Positions 39,121-50,739 of a DNA stretch of 55,640 nucleotides are shown one piece after another. Position 1 is the stretch's first letter; the number at the start of each line of letters is the position of its first letter. Source of the DNA: Chiloscyllium plagiosum (taxonomy: Eukaryota); NCBI RefSeq assembly GCF_004010195.1, contig NC_057719.1:53379445-53435084 (forward strand), in the 5' to 3' direction. Below the pieces are notes generated by a model. The model saw only the letters and a program-made list of their open reading frames with translations. It searched no databases and had not been told where the DNA came from. The position numbers and the translations under genes were made by a program.

Positions 39121-39924
39121 TCATGTGGAATCAGAAACTGTGTTGTTTATTCACGTGGAGGACTTTAATGTTGTCACTTGGTTAGTTATGTAGGTGCTAC
39201 AGAATAAGTAGCAATCCTGGATTGCTGACAGCAGGGTACTGACCTCTCCATAGTTGGAGAAGCAAGGATGGAGCAATTTGTTAATGGACAATGAAGAGTT
39301 GCTTTTGTTAGGAGATTAAAAAATCCTGTGGGCATAAAGTCAAAAAACATAGGCTCATAAAAAACAACATGTCTGTTGGAAACTTATGAGAATGAAAACC
39401 TCTCAGTCCTCTATCATTTATCATTGACCTTGTATCTGGTTCAGAACCCTCAAACTGCAGATCTGCCTGCTCTGCTCCTTCCTCAACTTCCTCTTTATCA
39501 GATCAGGACTGTTACTTCTGCAGATTGTAAGGCCATCCCTCTGTACTGCAGAAAGTTTGACAATGCACAGCAGATAATGATTTTTTTCTTCTTATCTTTA
39601 AAGAGGAGATTAGCCTACCAGCAAGGACACAACTCACGACCCAACAACACAAGGCCGGGTTGCATCACTGAGTCATTCAGGAAGTCATAGATCTCTCCAA
39701 CAGTACAATGGTCTTTTAGCCAGCCATTTCAGGAAGCAGTTCTAATAGACAGCAGTACATACTGGCTACAACTCAGCCAACACAGAAATCAGTTCTTCTC
39801 ACAGGAGCACAAGATAGTGTCGAACTCTGCCAGACTAAGCCAGGCAATGGTCATATCTTTAACGAGCTGATGGTATTTATTTTGGGTGGGGCAGGAGGTG
39901 GAGGGGAAGAAATTGTAAATTTCT

Positions 39925-41570
39925 TATAGAGTCATACATCATGGAAACGGGCCCTCCGGTCCAACTAGTCCGTGCCAAACATAATCCCAAACTAAACTAG
40001 TCCCACCTGTCTGCTCCTGGCCCATATCCCTTCAAAACTTTCCCATTTCATGTATTTATCCAAATGTATGTTTCAATTTTACCCACATCCACCACTTCCT
40101 CAGGAAATTCATTCCACATGCAAATCACCCTCTTAACAAACAATTGCCCCTCATGCCTTTGTTAAATCTCTCTCCTCTCACCTTCAGAATGTGCCTCCTA
40201 GTCTTTAAATTCCACCATCCTTGGGAAAAAGACAACTGCCATTAACTCTGTCTATACCGGATTATTTTATAGCCATCTATAAGGTTGCCTCTCAATCTCT
40301 TTTGTTCCAGTGAAAAAATGCCAAACCTATCCAGCCTTTCTCCACTCAAACCTTCCATACCCCGCAAAAACCTAGTCAGTCAGTCTCTTCCAAGCCCCCT
40401 CCAGTTTCATAATATCCTTGCGATAACTGGGCGACCAGAAATGTATTCCAGGAGAGACCTCATCAATGTCCCATACAATCTCAACATGACTTCCTGACTC
40501 CTGTAGGAGGAAGTGAGGACTGCAGATGCTGGAGATCAGAGTTGAAAGTTTGGCACTGGAAAAGTAAAGTAGGTCATGCAGCATCCAAGTAGCAGGAGAG
40601 TTGATGTTTCAGGCATAAGCCTTGCATCAGGAATGTGGGGACAGGGCTTAGTGGCTGAGACACAAATAGGAGGGTGGGCTAGGGTTGGGGCAGGGGGTAA
40701 AAGGTGGTAGCTTGGAAGGTGATAGTTGGATGCAGGTGGGGGGTGATTGTGATAGATCGGAGTGGAGGATGGAGGGATAGGTAAAAAGGAAGATGGACAA
40801 GTAGGACAGGTCATGAAGGCAGTGCAGAGTTGGAGGGTTGGATCTGGAGGAAGTGGGGGAAGGGCGATGCGGAAACTGGTGAAATTGCCGTTGATGCCGT
40901 GTGTTTGGAGAATTCCAAGGAGGAAGATGAGACATTCTTCCTCCAGGCGTTAAGTGGCTAGGATTTGGCAATGGAGGAGGCTCAGCAGTTGAATGTCCTT
41001 GGCAGAATGGGAGGGGGTGTTGATGTGGCTGGCCACAGAGTGGTAGACACATTAGATGAAGTGTTTGGATGTGCAGGGAAATCTCTGTCCGATGTGGAAG
41101 GATCCTTTATGGCCTTGGATGGAAGTAATGGGGGAGGTGTTGGTGCGGGTTTTACACCTGTTGTAGTAGCAAAGGAATGTGCCAGGATGGAGGATGGGTT
41201 GGTGGGAGGCATGGACCTAATGAGGGAGTCACAAAAGGAATGGTCTCTGTGGAATGCTGATGGGGTGAGGGGGAAATATATCTCTGATGGTGGGGTCGGA
41301 TTGTAGGTGGCTGAAATGGCAGAGGAAGATGCATTCTATCTGTAGGGATTGGTGGGATGGAAGGTGAGGACCGTACTTTTATACTTAAAGGACTGAGCTA
41401 TGAAGGCAAGAATGCTAAAAGCCTTTTTAACCACCCTCTCTATAGGAGACGAACTTCAAAGAGTAACGTGCCTGAACCTCCTGGTCCCTTTGTTCTACAA
41501 TCCTACCCAAGATCCTACCATTAATTGTATAAGCCATACCCTTATCTATTGTACCAAAATGCAATATGTA
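39925..41570 (-). mobile_element. CR1 3' portion split by a PLE
   Basis: HFWSPSYRKDIMKLE before 40505; resumes ~41372. Confidence 0.8.
40506..41372 (-). mobile_element. PLE (GIY-YIG region + family A 3' end)
   Basis: Minus-strand Cys-rich linker/GIY-YIG remnants, polypyrimidine tract, ctgatgcaaggcttatgcctgaaacatc core. Confidence 0.8.
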
Positions 41571-41959
41571 GTTCTTCTATAACATGTTGGTTGTGTTCTT
41601 GTGCAAACCAATATTATAGAAAAATTGTGCTTTAGAAACAGCACTTCAAGTGTTGACGATGTAATCACGTTACAGCCAACACACATTTTAAGAGTTTGCA
41701 TTTTAGAAACAGTGCCCCAGTTCATCAATTGCAAAACAGCGAATTCACATTAAGGAAATGGGCATTATAGCAGAACAACCTGTATTTTGCATTTATCCAG
41801 ATTGAACACCATCTACCAATTTTCTATGCATTGAACCATTTAGTCAAGATCGCTTTGTCTTAGAAAACCTCGTTCACCATCGACAATGCCACCAATTTTG
41901 GTGCCAACCACAATAAAAACTTCTGAAGGATAGGATTAAATCAATATTTATAAAAGGCA

Positions 41960-42930
41960 GGGATTGTTTATGGAAAGAAATCCTATCTGACTTACTTGGT
42001 TGAGTTTCTTGTCGATAAGTAACTAAATATATTCATCAGGGTAATGCAGTAAATTGGAATAGTGTGGTTTACATAGAATTCAGCATTTCAGGGAACATCT
42101 CTGGGGCACACACACCAAACAACCCCACACCCTGTGGCTGACCACTTCAACTCCTCCTCCCACCAAGGATATGCAAGTCCTGGGCCTCCTCCATCACCAA
42201 ATCCAAGCCACCTGAGGTGTTTTTCCTCCAGTCATCATCTTCCACCTTGGTACCCTTTAACCACATAGCAGTTAACAATCTTCACTATTTTCCAAATCAC
42301 CACCATGGTCTTGATCTGACCATCTTCCTTCCCAACTATCCACTCCAACCTACCCCTATTAGCCCCCCCCACCTCCATCTATCTATTGCCTTCCCACCCA
42401 CCCCAACACCCTATCTTTCAGCCCCTTTCCCCCTCCACATTTCTGATGAAGGGTTTATCCCCGAAATGTCAACTCTCCTGCTGCTAGGATGCTGCCTGAC
42501 TTGCTACGCTTTTCCAGCACCACCCTTTTTGACTTGGACACTGTAGCATCTACCGTCCTAATTTTCTCCAAGGAATTCAGGAAGACCTTTGACAAGATTC
42601 ATATAGAAAGCTGGTCCAAAAAGATAAGAGCTCATGAGATTCAAGATGAATTGGCAAACTGGATCCAAAACGGGCTTCCAAATAGAAGGGCAAGAGTGAC
42701 AGGAGCACATTGTCTTTGTAATTGGAAGTCTGTGACCAGCAGTGTGCCATAGAGATCTGTGGAAGCAGGTACTCTAGCAACATTGAAGAACCATCTGGAT
42801 GATTACTTAAAATGCCAGCAAACTATGGACCAACTGCAGGTAAATTGGAATAGTGTAGTTTGGTGTGTGTTGATTGGTATAAACATGGTGGGCCGAAGGG
42901 CCTGATTATATGCTATATGACTTTAGGACT
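41960..42930 (+). mobile_element. CR1 RT fragment split by a PLE
   Basis: VVYIEF before 42083 continues as EFRKTFDK..ELANWIQN..WKSVTSSVP after 42573. Confidence 0.75.
42084..42572 (+). mobile_element. PLE 3' portion, 8 bp TSD
   Basis: HFREHL..VADHFNS..DMQVLGLLH; core ctgatgaagggtttatccccgaaatgtc 42443-42470; GAATTCAG at 42076-42083 and 42573-42580. Confidence 0.85.
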
Positions 42931-43598
42931 GTGAAATCATCCGGTTTGCATCCTAATCAAAGTGTAAGATACAGCAATGTAACATCAAATAGCTGACTCA
43001 CATTTTGTGAATAACAGTGGACATTTTGTTTGGTGCAACAATTTACTTAACAGCTGGTGGTAACAATAACAACAGTGATAATTTTCCATAGCAACATGGT
43101 CATTATGTTTGGTGAGGTTAAAAAAATGCAACTCCTGTGCATTAATTATTGATTCAGCTTTTAGGTTTTATGTACAGCTTGTTGAATACTTACAGAAATG
43201 AAATCAGGTAACGGTGATCACTGAGACATATTTGGAGTTGACAAGTATGTCACACAATTTACCATTTCAATAGCAAACATAGGAATGAAAGTTTCTCTTA
43301 TTATCTTATGCTAAACAGCTGGAAGTCAAGTTGAGGGTGCATCGGCAGGAGAGTCAAAACATCAAAATGGCATCAGCAGCTTTATAGCCTTCATAATACT
43401 AATGAGGCTGGCTGCAATTTCATCACCTGTCTAAAATGTCAGCATGGCAGGTCCATCTCCACATGAAAATTGGGATAAGACAATGCAAGATGAACGCTCT
43501 GGCTATTTTAGGTAGGAACTGAGCTGAAGATCTGAGGCCTTCGGAGGGTGAGGATTCTGTTATCTTTGCAGGTGTTTTAAAAAATTCTCAAGGTCAGG

Positions 43599-44047
43599 TT
43601 CGTAGGAGAGTAGTCTGACACAGAACAAACGACCAAGAGGCGAGTCTGCTAGAATATGCTTCAGCTTTTTATTCCCCGCAGCGTCGCCACAACCAGGTCT
43701 CATACTTACAACGGGTCTGGCTTATACTCACTCTACATGTTACCGGAACTGGGAGCCGTCAGTTCTCGTAGAGCGGTTGCCAACAACCCACGCTCGGCGG
43801 TTAAACGTAACCCCGGAGCAGACTCACCGAACTGGAGACTTTTCCAGCTGATATACTCTTTTCCAGATATAAACATTCATGTGAACAGCAGAGCAAGGCT
43901 AAAAAACACATTCCATTCTGGTTACATACAGATAAGAAGATTCACACAGGGAGGTGTGTAATAAGATTCACACGGGACTAAGCAACACCTCCATTCCGGT
44001 TAGATTCACACATGTATTGGGACATAATTTTTAACCGTTTCACCACA
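43599..44047 (-). mobile_element. Young LTR-like insertion (probable solo LTR)
   Basis: CpG-rich island in AT-rich DNA; minus strand starts TGTGG, has U3-like direct repeats, TATA-like tatatc, AATAAA (43668-43673); 3' end and TSD imperfect. Confidence 0.55.
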
Positions 44048-44509
44048 GCAGGCTCCACCAGAATAAGGCTACACTTCTCAGGCCCTCAAAAATAAATTGA
44101 ACCTCTTCCACCCACTCCAGGGTCTCCACCCTCTCCAATCAGAACTCCAAACACAACTCATTTTCTGGAGGTCAGATCAGGAGGTCAGTCAGAGCCTTGA
44201 ATCCAGCAATTTGTAACTCGATGTTAAAACAGGTTGGACCTTCAAAATCAGCAAGGTCCATCCAGCATGGGAATTAGCATTTGACTCCATATCCTTCCCA
44301 AGTCATATCTCCAAAAGTCAAATGATCCAAGTACAATAATCAGAGATTAATATTTTGTAGTGACTATGAAGAAATTGTAAGCTTTCTTGGTAAATTAGTT
44401 ATTTAGCATCAACTATTTTCTACATGTGTGCTTTAAAGGTAACTTCAATGCCTTGTTGAAGGTCAGAATTTGATTCACTGCAGCATTCATGCTTTGGACT
44501 AAATTTTTA

Positions 44510-45590
44510 CAGCACAAAGAAAATTACAGCACATGAATAGCCCCTTCAGCCCTCCAAGCCTGTGCCAATCCAGATCCTCCATCTGAACCTATTTTCTAAG
44601 GATCTGTATCCCTCTGCTCCCTGCCCATTCATGTATCTGTCTAGATACATCTTAAATGACGCTATCATGATGCCTCTACCACCTCTGCTGGCAACGCATT
44701 CCAGATACCCACCACGCTCTAGTAAAGAACTTTCAACACATATCTCCTCTAAAACTTTTCCTCTCTCACCTTGAGCTCATGACCCCTAGTAATTGAATCC
44801 CCCACTCTGGGAAAAGGCTTTTTGCTATCCACCCTGTCTACACCTCTCAATTTTGTACTCAATACTCCATCCGATGAAGGAAGGCATGCCTTCTTGACCA
44901 CTATTGACCTGCGAAGCCACCTTCAGGGAACAATGGACCTGAACACCCAGATCTCTCTGTACATCAGTTTTCCCCAGGGCTGGTCATAGAGATGTACAGC
45001 ACAGAAACAGACCCTTCAATCCAACCCGTCCATGCCAACCAGATATCCCAACCCAGTCTAGTCCCACCAGCCAGCACCTGGCCCATATCCCTCCAAACCC
45101 TTCCTATTCATATACCCATCCAAATGCCTTTCAAATGTTGCAATTGTACCAGCCTCCACCACTTCCTCTGGCAGCTCATTCCATACACGTACCACCCTCT
45201 GTGAAAAAGTTGCTTCTTAGATCTCTTATATCTTTCCCCTCTCACCCTAAACCTATGCCCTCTAGTTCTGGACTCCCCAACCCCAGGGAAAGGACTTTGT
45301 CTATTTATCCTATTCATGCCCCTCATAATTTTGTAAACCTCTATAAAGGTCACCCCTCAGCCTCCGACGCTCCAGGGAAAACAGCCCCAGCCTGTAGAGC
45401 CTCTCCCTGTAGCTCAGATCCTCCAACCTTGGCAACATCCTTGTAAATCTTTTCTGAACCCTTTCAAGTTTCACAACAGTCCATTTTCCATACAGTTCAC
45501 TCTAGAATTGGATCTTCCAAAATACATCACCCCGCATTTGCCCAGATTGAACTCCATCTGCCATTTCTCCACCCAACTCTCCAATATACT
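44510..45590 (-). mobile_element. CR1 3' fragment with a second CR1 3' end nested at ~44985-45477
   Basis: ORF 45108 (IEVYKIMRGM..ESRTRGHRFRVRGERY). Confidence 0.8.
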
Positions 45591-46763
45591 CAGCTTTTTC
45601 CACTACATTTTAAGGTTATATTTATGGGGTCAACTATTGCATGGATACTACTTTTGCGGGGCTGAAATTCATGCCTGTCAAAATTCATACTGTATCAGTC
45701 GCAGAAACCCTACTGATCTCAATGAATAAAGAAAATAAAACAAATTATGGTAATTCTGAAAATCTGGAACAGAACTGCCATTTGGACTGGAAGACTGGGA
45801 GCAAACTGGAGCAACCAACAGATTAGAAAGCTGGAGTGATCGTGACAGCCAGCACACTGATTCAAAACATTGTGAAGAACTAGAGTCAACTTTTATATGA
45901 CATACAGAAAATTCTAGGCTATTTGGCCAAAAATAGGGGTCAGCCTTTAGATGAGATCAGCGATTATTCGAGTACATATGATATGTTCTGCTGCATTCTG
46001 GCAGTCCCCTTCACTATCTGCTACTCCACCAATCTCAGTGTCATCTACAAACTTGCTAATACGTTCCTCCAAATCATTTATGGATATCACAAACAGCAGT
46101 GGGCCCAGCACAGATCCCTGTGGAATGCCACTGGTCATGTTTCTCAAAATGGAGAACTTCCATTCCAATATTACTGTCTCCTGTTGCCCAGCTAGTTCTC
46201 GATCCATCTAGCTAATATACCCTGGACCCCATGCGACTTCACGTTCTCCATTAGCGTACCATGGGGAACCTAATCAAAACGCCTGACTGAAGTCCATGTA
46301 TGTGTCATCTACAGCCCTTCCCTCGATCAACTTTGTCAATTGCTCAAAGAATTCTATTAAGTTGGTAAGATGTGACCTTTCCTGCACAAAGCCATGCTGC
46401 CTATCACAGATAAGGCCATTTTCTTCCAAATGTAAATAGATCATAGCCCTCCGTATCTTCTCCAGTAGCTTCCCTACCATTGATGTCAAGTTGACAAGTC
46501 CATAATTATCTGGATTAGCCTTGCTACCCTTCTTAAACAAAGGGACAACATTAGCAATTCTCCAGTCCTCTGGGACCTTATCCATGTTCAAAGATGCTGC
46601 AAAGATATCTGTTAAGGACCCAGCTATTTCTTCCCTTGCTTTCCTCAGTAAGCTGGGATAGATCCCCATCTGAACCTGGATACTTGTCAGTCTTAATCCC
46701 TTCTAGAATACCAACACTTGCTCCCTCCTTATGCCTACTTCACCAAAAATATTCAAACATCCT

Positions 46764-47008
46764 TGTCAAAAAAAGTGTGGTGCTGGAAAAGCACAGCCAG
46801 TCAGGCAGCAGGAAGAGGACCAGGACAGTTGACATTTTGAGCATTATGTTCTTCATCCTGATGAAAAAGCTTATTTTTCCTGATGTAGAGTTTATACTCA
46901 AAATGTTGACTCTCCTGCTCCTTGGATGCTGCCTGATTGGTTGTGCTTTTCCAGTACCACACATTTTGACTCTGATCTCCATCATCTGCAGTTCTCACTT
47001 TCTCCTAG
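46764..47008. mobile_element. Fold-back PLE terminus (family A), decayed
   Basis: gtcaaaaaaagtgtggtgctggaaaagcac / gtgcttttccagtaccacacattttgac arms; centre ~46855-46880 has repeated ctgatg. Confidence 0.8.
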
Positions 47009-47175
47009 TCTAACATTTATCCCGAACTGCAACATCCATCACGTCCCTTTCCTTGGGGAATACCGATGCAAAGTGCTCATTAAGAATCTCACCCATTTTC
47101 TGACTCCATGCATAGCTTTCCTCCTTTGGCCTTGCGTGAGCCAACCCTTCCTCTAGTTACACTCTTGCACCTTAT

Positions 47176-47912
47176 TGTTATGACGTGGCAGTAAACTCTT
47201 CTGTTAATTACCCCAAACACCCAGAAAAGCTCACCTCACCTTGTAATCTGTTAAAGTATGAGTGACGGAGAATTCCCAAATTCCACTAAAGAAAATATCA
47301 ATTTATTCTTTAACTCTAAAAGTGAACATTAAACAACACCTATTCACAACTCTAAGCCCCCTATTTTCTTACCTGCTTATTACCTGTTTCCAACTCTATA
47401 GCAGCATACTGTTCCAATAAGAAACTTATTAAAATTACATCAACTTCATTTCAAACCACACAGCGGTTGTAATCTTCGGTGTCTTTCTCCTTCTGGCTGA
47501 AGATCTCCCTGGCTAGACTTCTGCCTTATTCATATGAAAATGTACCTTTGATAGAATGTTTCCTTATTTCTTGGATCTGTGTTGATGGCAGTTGCTCTGT
47601 CTGCAGTTTTCAAAATGCCTGCCTTTTTTAGATCTGCCACATTGGAACATCTTATTGGTTCAAGGTTTACAAAAAATAAAATCAAACTTGAGTGGATTTT
47701 AGTATCCTGGGATGTAATTTTAATGCTTTTTGAGATTGGAATTGGCGTCAAAACAGCAATGAACTCTGGTATCCATTTCACAGCAAAATGTTAAATTTTT
47801 TCAATTTTCCAGTACACAGACTGCTACCCATTAATCACAGATGCTTGTCAGCTCTTAATTCAGGACAGCATTCACTCTTAAAGGTACAGTACACACCTTC
47901 AACTTCATAACA
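47176..47912 (-). mobile_element. Solo LTR (Gypsy-like), 737 bp
   Basis: TGTTATGA...TCATAACA inverted termini, TSD TTAT at 47172-47175 and 47913-47916, minus AATAAA at 47302-47307; interrupts CR1. Confidence 0.9.
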
Positions 47913-49084
47913 TTATATGCGAATAAAAGGCTTTGGGATTTTCCTTAGCATTGTTTGCTAAAGATATTTCATGATTCCTTTTAGCCCTCTTAATTCCTCA
48001 TTTCAGATTGGTCCTACTTTCCTGATATTCGTACAAAGCTTCATTTGTTTTCAGTCACCTAGACCTTGGGGTTACTTCCTTTTTCCTCTTAGCTACACAA
48101 TTTTATCTGTTATTCATGGTTCTCTAATCTTTCCATTTCTATCCCTCATTTGTCACAGGGACATGCCTGCCGTGCACTCTAATCAATCTCTTCTTAAAAA
48201 CTTCCCACATATCAAATGTAGATTCACCCTCAAACATCTGCTCCCAATCCAGATTCCCCAGCTCCTGCTGAATTTTGCTATTGTTGGCCTCCCCCTCTTC
48301 CTTTCCCCCCCCCACCCCGAATATAGCACTCTTCCTTTAGGACCATTCTCATCTTTGTCCATGAGTATTCTAAAAATTATGGAATTGTGTTCACTATTCC
48401 CAAAGTAATCCCCTACTGAAACTTTTACCACCTGGCCAGGCTCATTCCCCAACACTAAGTCCAGTATGGCCCTCTCGAGTTTGACTATTTCCATACTGCT
48501 CTACAAGACCCTTCTGGAAGTGCCTTAGAAATTCTGCTCCATCTAATCATCTAACTAAGTGAATCCCAGTCAATGTATAGGAAAACTAACGTCTCCCATC
48601 ACTACCACCCTGTTGCTTCTACATCTTTCCCCATAATCAGTCTACATATTTGTACCTCCATCTCACGCTCGCTGTTGGGAGGCCTGTAGTACAACCCCAA
48701 CATTATTACCGCAGCCTTCCTATTTCTGAGCGCTGCCCATATTGCCCTCATTCAGCAAAGCTGTGATGTCCTCTCTGACTAGTAATGCAACTCCTCCACC
48801 TCTTACTTCCCTCTCTATTCGCCAAAGCATCGATATCCTGGGACATTTAATTGCCAATCTTGCCCTTCCTTCAACTAAGTCTCAGTAATAGCAAGAACAA
48901 CATACTCCCACGTACTAATCCACGCTCTAAGCTCATCTGCCTTACCTACCACACTTCTCTCATTAAGACAAATGCACCTCAGACCACCTGTCCCTTTGCA
49001 TTCATCATCTGCTCCCTGCCTCCTCTTCCCCTTAGTCATGCTGACTTCATCACCATCTTAAATTCAAATATGGTTAGGTGTCTT

Positions 49085-49180
49085 GTGGTGCAGCTGTAGT
49101 GTCCCCGCCTCCAAACCAGAAAGCCTGGGTTCAACACCCACCTGCTGCAGAAGTGTGAAATAACATCATTGTAGATTGAT
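49085..49180 (+). mobile_element. tRNA-derived SINE remnant (non-HE1)
   Basis: tggtgcagctg A-box-like, gggttcaacacc B-box-like. Confidence 0.5.
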
Positions 49181-50739
49181 CAGTACATAGATATAAAAAA
49201 AATAAAGTTATGGGCATTAAGGCATCAGGAAAACAATTGCCAATGTGTTAGTTACATATTTGAACTAATTAGTGGCAATTTCAGGTTTCTGAAATAGTAA
49301 GAAAAAAGGTAATTATACCAATAATAGGATTTGTCAGAATATCTCCATCTTTTAGCTTAACAGTTGAATAGCAACATGACTGTACATTCAAAATTACACT
49401 AATTAGATGCAAGATTGCTAAAGAACTGAAATATTAGTAACCTACAATTACTGCAATGGCATAAGAGGACAAATGAGTGATACAAACTAAAGTTTCTAAA
49501 GTATAATAAACTGCATTGACTAAATGAGTGAAATAAGTGCAAGGAATTATCTGTCTCTATTGAACATATAAAAGCTAATCTGGCTATTGGTAGTTAATGG
49601 ATATTTATCAGCAATCTCCAGTAATGTTCTATTGAAAATTAGAAGGATACGTTTCAATGTCAGAATAGCATTTCCAAGTCTTCTGTCTTAAAGGTCAGTG
49701 TTCCCAGTATTCTTAAATGTCGATAGAGGTAAAATGATGCAATCAAGATTACATTATGTGTCAGTTTTCATTACGTCTCAATACAAATTTATTATTGTTA
49801 GTTGTACTTGTAGAAGATAAGCTACAAGTGTGACCGTTACATTAGTTTAATAATTTGCACACACCCTTTGGATTATTAGGAACATTCAGTGGGCTGAATC
49901 ATAGCTTTTTTGGATAAGTCTGATTGTATCAAGTTTTTTGGATGCATGTCTGCCATAAGCGTTAGTGGGTTTCTCACTGTACCTTATCAAACTCACCACA
50001 CTAACTACCCACCCCATCGATATGGCTTCCACAGGTCTGATTCCAGCCCAATTATACCCTACATCTCCAAAACAATTCTGTGTGTGCCGGTCTTGAAGTG
50101 AGTAGAGTTATGATCAAAGAAGGGTAGTTTTAAGTCAGACATATTAATTACATCACATTGTTTAGCTTTGTCATGCAAGAATATGGTATTAACAATGTAT
50201 TATTAATTTTGGCTTAAGTTTTAAACTCTGTTCTCAACACAGCCCATGTTGCTCAGTACTCTCATATTCCCCAGTGTTCTCAAACTGTAGCATTCCCATG
50301 AATATCTTCAGGTCCTAACCTTAAATGATGTAAGGCCCAGCTAAACAACACAGAATACATTTCATCAATTTTACATGTAAAAATGTGGAAATTATCATGG
50401 AGGATATTGTTCAAATGTTTTGTGTTTCTATCAAAATTGCTATCTCAGTTGTTTTCATGAAGGTATCAATTAGCAGAAAGGAAAAAAAACATTCTGTCGG
50501 TGACTAAGGCATTGTGGAACAATGGGATTCTATGGACTAAAACCTTGGTCAGATCTGCTAACAGGGATCGTGATGCTTGATGACTCCACAACAAATTGAA
50601 ATCATGCAGATAGGGCAAATGAGGCCTTTCTCATTGTCAGAACCAACTCATTGAATTTTTTTAAGTTTAAAAATGTTTCTCTTGGCAGTTGAAAGTTGCT
50701 CATTATTATTAAGCAATAATCCCTCTTTAAGGTTATTAA

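Larger units (their letters stand above)
45950..49030 (-). mobile_element. CR1 ORF2 (endonuclease + RT), split by PLE and LTR
   Basis: ORFs 48183 (AILDLVLGNEPGQV..SEHN), 46274 (VPEDWRIANVVPLFKKG..QHGFV..MDFSQAF), 45947 (PQGSVLGP..FVDDTEIGG). Confidence 0.95.
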
